A stretch of DNA of 64,000 nt, taken from the NCBI GenBank assembly GCA_049603795.1, contig JBMYSY010000011.1, positions 68,687 to 132,686 of the forward strand. Direction: 5' to 3'. The notes beneath the pieces were generated by a model, which saw only the letters and a list, made by a program, of their open reading frames with translations, was not told where the DNA came from and did not search any database. Made by a program: the position numbers and the translations under genes. Shown here in pieces: positions 57,977-64,000 of the stretch (within the stretch, counting starts at the first letter, position 1; each line of letters starts with the position of its first letter). The stretch is from Magnetovibrionaceae bacterium. GTDB lineage: Bacteria; Pseudomonadota; Alphaproteobacteria; Rhodospirillales; JBMYSY01.

Positions 57977-59188
57977 ATGACGATTGGTGAGATTTTCAAG
58001 CCCGGTTGGCGGCAGCGCCCGGAAGCTCTGCTTGTGCTCATGAGCCTTGCCATGCCGCTGGCCTTTTCCACCTGGATGGCGCTGCTGAACAACTTCACCG
58101 TTGAGCGGGCGGCCTTTACCGGACTGGAGATCGGCATTCTGCAAAGTGTGCGTGAAATTCCGGGTTTTCTGGCCTTTGCCGTGGTGTTCATTCTGCTTTT
58201 GATGCGCGAACAGACCCTGGCCTTCTTCAGCCTGTTCCTCTTGGGCCTGGGCACCGCGATCACGGGCTATCTGCCGAGTTTTTGGGGTCTTTTGCTGACC
58301 ACCACCATCATGAGTGTCGGTTTCCACTACTTCGAGGCTGTGCGCCAGTCCCTCGTCCTGCAATGGGTGCCGAAGGAAAAATCACCGGCCTTCATGGGCC
58401 GCATGATCGCGGTCGGGTCTTTTGCTGGCCTGGTTGTCCTGGGTCTGATCTGGGGCGGCTATCGCTATGGCGGTATGGCCATGGAAAGCATCTATCTGCT
58501 CGGCGGAGGGGCCGCCATGGCCCTGGTGGTTTTCTGCTGGATCGCCTTTCCGGCCTTCCGCCAACCGGTCGAACAGAAGAAAAGCATCGTGCTGCGCAAG
58601 CGCTACTGGCTCTACTACGCCCTGACCTTCATGGCCGGTGCCCGTCGACAAATCTTCGTGGTCTTCGCTGGCTTCCTGATGGTGGAGAAGTTCGGGTTTG
58701 ATCTGGCGGCCATGGCGCTATTGCTGCTGGCCAACGGCATCGCATCCATGCTGCTGGCACCCGCCATCGGTCGCCTGATCGGTCACTGGGGGGAGCGGCG
58801 CGCCCTTATCCTGGAATACATCGGCTTGATCGGGGTCTTTGTCGCCTATGCCTTTGTGGAGCATCCCTGGTTCGCCGCCGGGCTCTATATCGTCGATCAC
58901 GTCTTCTTTGCCATGGCCATCGCGATCAAGACCTACTTCCAGAAGATTGCCGATCCGGCGGATATGGCGTCCAGCGCGGGCGTGAGCTTTACCATCAACC
59001 ACATCGCCGCTGTCTTCATTCCGGCGCTGTTCGGCATGATCTGGCTGGTCTGGCCAGGGGCGGTGTTTTTGATCGGGGCGGGGATGGCCTTTGTCAGCCT
59101 CTGTCTGGCCTGGGTGATCCCGAATAACCCGACGCCGGACAACATCGCCCGCCTGTTCACCCCACAGCCGGCCCGGGCGGTCAGTTAG
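57977..59188 (+). CDS. MFS transporter
   Basis: About 12 TM, LQSVREIPGFLAF, GARRQIFVVFA; ATG 57977 after GGAGG; divergent from the AraC gene. Confidence 0.88.
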   Translation: MTIGEIFKPGWRQRPEALLVLMSLAMPLAFSTWMALLNNFTVERAAFTGLEIGILQSVREIPGFLAFAVVFILLLMREQTLAFFSLFLLGLGTAITGYLPSFWGLLLTTTIMSVGFHYFEAVRQSLVLQWVPKEKSPAFMGRMIAVGSFAGLVVLGLIWGGYRYGGMAMESIYLLGGGAAMALVVFCWIAFPAFRQPVEQKKSIVLRKRYWLYYALTFMAGARRQIFVVFAGFLMVEKFGFDLAAMALLLLANGIASMLLAPAIGRLIGHWGERRALILEYIGLIGVFVAYAFVEHPWFAAGLYIVDHVFFAMAIAIKTYFQKIADPADMASSAGVSFTINHIAAVFIPALFGMIWLVWPGAVFLIGAGMAFVSLCLAWVIPNNPTPDNIARLFTPQPARAVS

Positions 59189-59261
59189 TTGGAGGTCGTA
59201 TTGGCGGGATTGATCCCTTAAGGTCTTCCAAAGCCCTTCCGCAACAGAGGACTGAGCCCTT

Positions 59262-60113
59262 ATGACCAAACGCTTTTCCGGTACTGACAGCTTCGTTGCC
59301 ACCGAGGATCTCATGGTCGCCGTCAATGCGGCCATCGCGCTTGAGCGCCCCCTGCTGATCAAAGGCGAACCCGGAACCGGCAAGACCGTGCTGGCTGCCG
59401 AGGTCGCAAAGGCCATCGATGCCCCCTTGATTCAGTGGCATGTGAAATCGACCACTCGGGCCCAACAGGGGCTGTATGAATATGATGCCGTGGCGCGGCT
59501 TCGGGATTCTCAATTGGGTGACGAACGGGTTCACGATATTGCCAACTACATCGTGAAGGGCCGCCTGTGGGAAGCCTTCATTTCGGACAAACGACCCGTC
59601 CTGCTGATCGACGAGATCGACAAGGCGGACATCGAATTTCCCAACGACCTTTTGCTCGAACTGGATCGCATGGAATTCCTGGTCTACGAAACCGGCGAGG
59701 TCATCCGGGCCGCCCAACGTCCGATCATCGTGATCACGTCCAACAATGAAAAGGAACTGCCGGACGCTTTCCTGCGCCGCTGCTTTTTCCATTACATACA
59801 GTTCCCCGACCGGGAGACCATGGAGGCCATCGTCGATGTCCACTATCCCGGCATCCAGAAGCGTCTGGTGCAGGAGGCTTTGAGCCTGTTCTACGATCTG
59901 CGCGATGCGCCGGGGTTGAAGAAAAAGCCTTCCACATCGGAATTTCTGGACTGGATCAAGCTGCTGATGGTGGAAGACATTCCCGTGGATGTCCTGCGTA
60001 AATCGGATACCAAGACGCTCATCCCGCCATTGCACGGCGCATTGTTGAAGAATGAACAGGACGTGCACCTGCTGGAGCGCCTAGCTTTCCTGAACAAGCG
60101 GGAGCAGCGCTGA
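59262..60113 (+). CDS. MoxR family AAA+ ATPase (CoxD-like)
   Basis: GEPGTGKT, LLIDEIDKAD, TSNNEKELPDAFLRRC. Confidence 0.92.
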   Translation: MTKRFSGTDSFVATEDLMVAVNAAIALERPLLIKGEPGTGKTVLAAEVAKAIDAPLIQWHVKSTTRAQQGLYEYDAVARLRDSQLGDERVHDIANYIVKGRLWEAFISDKRPVLLIDEIDKADIEFPNDLLLELDRMEFLVYETGEVIRAAQRPIIVITSNNEKELPDAFLRRCFFHYIQFPDRETMEAIVDVHYPGIQKRLVQEALSLFYDLRDAPGLKKKPSTSEFLDWIKLLMVEDIPVDVLRKSDTKTLIPPLHGALLKNEQDVHLLERLAFLNKREQR

Positions 60114-60123
60114 GGCGGATACC

Positions 60124-61479
60124 ATGGAAGAGCTGCCGACCCTGCCCAGTCTGGAGGAACTCAAGACCCTGTTCGAACAGGTGACGCGCTTCGTGGCGGA
60201 AAACCTGCTGCTGGTCTCGTCGCTGGTCCAGGTTGTGATCATCGGGGTAGCCTTCATTGCGGCCTGGGCCCTGGCAAAACCCTTCAGGCGTCTGGTTGCA
60301 AGGGCGGAAAAGTTGCCGCGCGTCGGGATCTTTTTCCACCGCGTGGCAGAAGAACTATCAAACATCGCGGTCCCGCTGATCTGGCTGATCCTGCAATGGA
60401 TGAGCGTTGGTGCCGCGCAGTCTCAAGGCCTCGTGACGGGTGGGTTGGAGGCGGTGGTCAGCCTGCTGACCGCCTGGATCGTCATCCGCGTCGCCACGGC
60501 GTTCATGGAAGACAGGGCCAAGGCGCGCATGCTGGCGACCGTCGCCTGGACCGTAGCGGCCCTCAATATCCTGGGCCTGCTGGGGCCTCTGGCAGAGCTG
60601 CTGGACGGCTATGCCATGACCTTGGGCGACTTCCGGCTATCGGTCTGGGGCGTGCTGAAGGGCTTTGCCATCCTGGCGATCCTGCTCTGGCTTGCGGGCC
60701 TGGCGGCCCGGCTGCTGGAGAACCGATTGACGGCCTCCCGCGCGCTTACCCCTTCGTTGAAGGTTCTGTTCGGTAAAATCGGTCGCATTTCACTCTTCAG
60801 CCTTGCCTGCCTTTTGGCGCTTGATGCTGTCGGAATTGATCTTACGGCCCTTGCGGTGTTTTCCGGTGCGGTCGGTCTCGGCATTGGCTTCGGGTTGCAG
60901 AAGGTTTTCTCCAACCTGATTTCCGGCGTGATTTTGCTGTTGGACCGGTCCGTCAAACCGGGCGATGTCATTGTCATCGGCGAGACCTATGGCTGGATCA
61001 ACAAGTTGGGCGGGCGCTACGTCTCGGTCATCACGCGCGACGGTACGGAACATCTGATCCCGAACGAAGAATTGATCGCGTCCCGGGTCGAGAACTGGTC
61101 CCATTCCGACAATCTGGTTCGGATCAAATTGCCCATGGGCGTGGATTACGGCAGCGACCTACGAAAAGCCATCCAACTGACAAAGGAAGCCGCCACCCGG
61201 GTTGAGCGTGTGCTGTCGACGCCGCCGCCGGTCTGCAACGTCCTGGGTTTCGGTGACAGCTCGGTCGATCTGGAACTGCGCATCTGGATCCAGGATCCCA
61301 GCAACGGCGTCGGCAATGTGAAAAGCCAAGTCTACCTGGAGGTCTGGGATACCTTCCACGAAAACGGCATCGACTTCCCCTATCCGCAGCGGGATCTGAA
61401 CATCAAGGGGTCGGTGCCGGTGCACATGGTTGATCCATCACCGGCAGCCCAAGTGGAAACGAAACCGGCGGAGGCCTAG
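60124..61479 (+). CDS. MscS family mechanosensitive channel
   Basis: GAVGLGIGFGLQ..SNLISG, GDVI, IPNEEL, VENWSHSD, FGDSSVD, IDFPYPQRD. Confidence 0.92.
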   Translation: MEELPTLPSLEELKTLFEQVTRFVAENLLLVSSLVQVVIIGVAFIAAWALAKPFRRLVARAEKLPRVGIFFHRVAEELSNIAVPLIWLILQWMSVGAAQSQGLVTGGLEAVVSLLTAWIVIRVATAFMEDRAKARMLATVAWTVAALNILGLLGPLAELLDGYAMTLGDFRLSVWGVLKGFAILAILLWLAGLAARLLENRLTASRALTPSLKVLFGKIGRISLFSLACLLALDAVGIDLTALAVFSGAVGLGIGFGLQKVFSNLISGVILLLDRSVKPGDVIVIGETYGWINKLGGRYVSVITRDGTEHLIPNEELIASRVENWSHSDNLVRIKLPMGVDYGSDLRKAIQLTKEAATRVERVLSTPPPVCNVLGFGDSSVDLELRIWIQDPSNGVGNVKSQVYLEVWDTFHENGIDFPYPQRDLNIKGSVPVHMVDPSPAAQVETKPAEA

Positions 61480-61484
61480 GCGGG

Positions 61485-62672
61485 ATGTTTATCGATTTCT
61501 TCCTGAAGCTTAGGGATGCTCGGGTGCCGGTTTCGCTGCGGGAATACCTGACGCTGATGGAAGCCATGGACCAGGGGCTCGCCGGTTTTTCGGTCGATGA
61601 TTTCTACTACCTGTCGCGTTCCTGCCTGGTGAAGGATGAACGCAACCTGGACCGCTTCGATCAGGTCTTCGGCACGGTCTTCAAAGGGCTGGAACCTGTC
61701 GTCGGGGAGGACGGTGAGTTGGCCCCGGTTGAGCTGCCGGAGGAATGGCTGCGGGCCATGGCCGAGAAGCTGCTGACCGAAGAGGAGAAAGCCGAAATCG
61801 AATCCCTCGGCGGCTGGGAAAAGCTGATGGAGACGCTGAAAAAGCGCCTCGAAGAACAGCAGGGCCGCCATCAAGGGGGATCGAAATGGATCGGCACCGG
61901 CGGCACCTCCCCGTTTGGGGCCTATGGCTATAATCCGGAAGGTGTTCGGATCGGCCAGGCAACCAACCGCAACAACCGGGCGGTGAAGGTCTGGGACAAG
62001 CGGGAATTCAAGAATCTGGATGATGACGTCGAACTGGGAACCCGCAACATCAAGGTGGCGCTCCGGCGCTTGCGGCAGTTCGCGCGATCGGGTGCCGCGA
62101 CGGAACTCGACCTGCCGGGCACCATCAGCTCGACGGCCAAACAGGGCTTTCTCGACGTGCGGATGCGCCCCGAAAGGCACAACGCGGTGAAGGTGTTGCT
62201 GTTCCTGGATGTGGGCGGGTCGATGGATCCGCACATCAAGGTCTGCGAGGAGCTGTTCTCGGCGGCGCGCAGCGAGTTCAAGCACCTGGAGTTTTTTTAC
62301 TTCCACAACTTCACCTATGAAGCCATGTGGAAGGACAACAAGCGTCGCTGGGACGAAACCATTCCCACCTGGGACATCCTGCACACCTACAGTTCCGACT
62401 ATAAAGTGATCTTCGTGGGCGATGCGGCGATGAGCCCCTACGAGATCGTCTATCCGGGCGGTGCTGTCGAGCACTGGAACGAGGAGGCCGGAGCTGTGTG
62501 GTTCAAGCGCATCCTGGAGATCTACGGCTCGGTCGCCTGGCTCAACCCGGAACGCGAGAAGCTCTGGGACTATACCCAATCGACCGAGATGGTCCGTAAA
62601 CTGCTCGATGGACGGATGTATCCCATGACCTTGGACGGCCTGGACCGGGCGATGCGAAGCCTACTCGCCTAG
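61485..62672 (+). CDS. VWA-domain protein (CoxE-like)
   Basis: HQGGSKWIGTGGTSPFG, LFLDVGGSMD (MIDAS-like), FVGDA, WLNP. Confidence 0.9.
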   Translation: MFIDFFLKLRDARVPVSLREYLTLMEAMDQGLAGFSVDDFYYLSRSCLVKDERNLDRFDQVFGTVFKGLEPVVGEDGELAPVELPEEWLRAMAEKLLTEEEKAEIESLGGWEKLMETLKKRLEEQQGRHQGGSKWIGTGGTSPFGAYGYNPEGVRIGQATNRNNRAVKVWDKREFKNLDDDVELGTRNIKVALRRLRQFARSGAATELDLPGTISSTAKQGFLDVRMRPERHNAVKVLLFLDVGGSMDPHIKVCEELFSAARSEFKHLEFFYFHNFTYEAMWKDNKRRWDETIPTWDILHTYSSDYKVIFVGDAAMSPYEIVYPGGAVEHWNEEAGAVWFKRILEIYGSVAWLNPEREKLWDYTQSTEMVRKLLDGRMYPMTLDGLDRAMRSLLA

Positions 62673-62678
62673 AGTCTG

Positions 62679-64000
62679 CTAGACGAACGGGAAAAAGATC
62701 GGGATCACAGCCAGGCTGATGATCAGGGCCAGGACCTGCAAGGGTACGCCGACGCGAACGAAATCCATGAAGGTGTACTGACCGGGGCCGAGCACCAGTG
62801 TGTTGACGGGCGAGGCCACGGGTGTTGCGAAGGCGGTCGAGGCGGCAATGGCGACCCCCATCAGGAAGGGTTCCGGCGCGTAGCCCAGTTCCAGGGCGGC
62901 GGCCAGGGCGATGGGGGCGACCAGGACGGTGGTCGCCGTGTTGGAGATCACCTGACTGAACACCGATGTGAAAACGAACAGGCAGGCGAGCAGGGCAAAG
63001 GGGCCGGCTTCAGCGGAGAGCGCGATCAGTTGATCCGCCATCATCGTGGCCCCGCCTGAGGCCTGGAGCGCTTTGGCCAGGGGCAGCATTCCCGCGATCA
63101 GGATCAGGCTTTCCCAATTGATGGTCCGATAGGCCTCCGTCATGGTCACGCAGCGGCAGAGGACCATCGCGAAGGCTGCCAGCAATACGGAGGTCACGGC
63201 GGGCAGGGCCGAGGTAGCCATCAGGCCGAGCATTCCCGCGAGAATGATCAGCGCAGCCGGGGCGCGGTCCGCATGGGGGGCATAGGCATCGCCTTCGGCG
63301 GCTGTTTCCAGCAGAACCATGTCGGATCGGGCACCGCCCAGGGCCTGGATGCGATCCCAGGGACCCACCAGCATCAGCATGTCGCCCGCTTCCAGTCGGG
63401 TTTCATTGTGGTCGATGCCGATTTGCCGCCCGGCACGCCGCAGGGCCAGCACGTTCAGGCCCTGGCGTGCCCGGATGGCAGCTTCCGAGATGGTCTTTCG
63501 GCAGAGCGGGCTTTCCGGAACGATCAGGGTTTCCGCCGCGCCAAAGGTTTGGTGGAAACGGCGCTGCAAGCCATCGGGAAAACCTTGATCAACCAGGCCC
63601 AAGGGGGTGAGCACGGCCTTCAAGGCTTCGTTCTCGCCCCAACAGATCAACAGGTCTCCGGCCTGAAGGGGCGTTTCGATCATGATCGGTGTCAGGCTCA
63701 TCTGCAGCCGCCCCTGCCGCTGAAGGGCGATGACCGTGATGCGGTGTTCTGTCCGGAGGGCGATCTCTTTGATGCTCTTGCCGATCAAGGGGGATGTGCC
63801 GGATATCTGAAGCCTGCGGAGTTCGTCATGGATTTCAAAGAAGTCTGCGAATTCCCGCAATGTCTTGCGCTTGCCGCCGCCTGATGGCTCGCCCCGGCTT
63901 GGCAACAGGAAACGGCCCGCTGTCAGGATATAGGCCATGCCAAGCCCCAGGATGACCAGTCCGACGGGGGTGAAATCGAAAAAGCCGAAGGGGCTCTGTC
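62679..64000 (-). CDS. SLC13/TrkA-C domain permease (5' end outside the window)
   Basis: Frame stays open to the window edge (PFGFFDFTPVGL), two TrkA-C domains, ISNTAT, FATPVASPVN..V..PG.Y.F.DF.RVG. Confidence 0.9.
   Translation of the reverse strand, partial: QSPFGFFDFTPVGLVILGLGMAYILTAGRFLLPSRGEPSGGGKRKTLREFADFFEIHDELRRLQISGTSPLIGKSIKEIALRTEHRITVIALQRQGRLQMSLTPIMIETPLQAGDLLICWGENEALKAVLTPLGLVDQGFPDGLQRRFHQTFGAAETLIVPESPLCRKTISEAAIRARQGLNVLALRRAGRQIGIDHNETRLEAGDMLMLVGPWDRIQALGGARSDMVLLETAAEGDAYAPHADRAPAALIILAGMLGLMATSALPAVTSVLLAAFAMVLCRCVTMTEAYRTINWESLILIAGMLPLAKALQASGGATMMADQLIALSAEAGPFALLACLFVFTSVFSQVISNTATTVLVAPIALAAALELGYAPEPFLMGVAIAASTAFATPVASPVNTLVLGPGQYTFMDFVRVGVPLQVLALIISLAVIPIFFPFV

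Overview
GC-rich alphaproteobacterial chromosomal segment, probably Rhodospirillales (inferred from the fliX-dksA, flhB-cckA-recA-alaS synteny, GAAC-N7-GTAC LexA box and one-Cys DksA). Left 13 kb: a probable flagellin-glycosylation locus (GT41/SPINDLY-like glycosyltransferase, flaF-like gene, sugar acetyltransferase, an orphan ORF, and a tightly coupled 9-gene minus-strand operon with two NDP-sugar epimerase/dehydratases, a reversed-order HldE-like enzyme, a TPP-dependent E1 alpha/beta pair, two DegT aminotransferases, a NifU-like but Cys-poor protein and a radical SAM/SPASM enzyme). 13-53 kb: a large flagellar cluster (flgLKNJI, a stand-alone flgE, fliX, dksA, flgHAGF, fliLM, motE, cheY, cheZ, two motB-like genes, a 1101-aa TPR protein, fliPO, flgBC, fliE, fliQR, flhB, cckA) interrupted by an Fe3+ ABC transporter with Fur-like boxes and an 18-bp tandem repeat, speD-speE, a tandem pair of unusual small winged-helix proteins and a class III nucleotidyl cyclase. 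Right end: recA, alaS, AraC/MFS pair, MoxR-MscS-VWA operon and a partial SLC13 permease. No tRNA, rRNA, CRISPR array, transposase or integrase was recognised. All functional calls come from reading motifs by eye; no database search was run.
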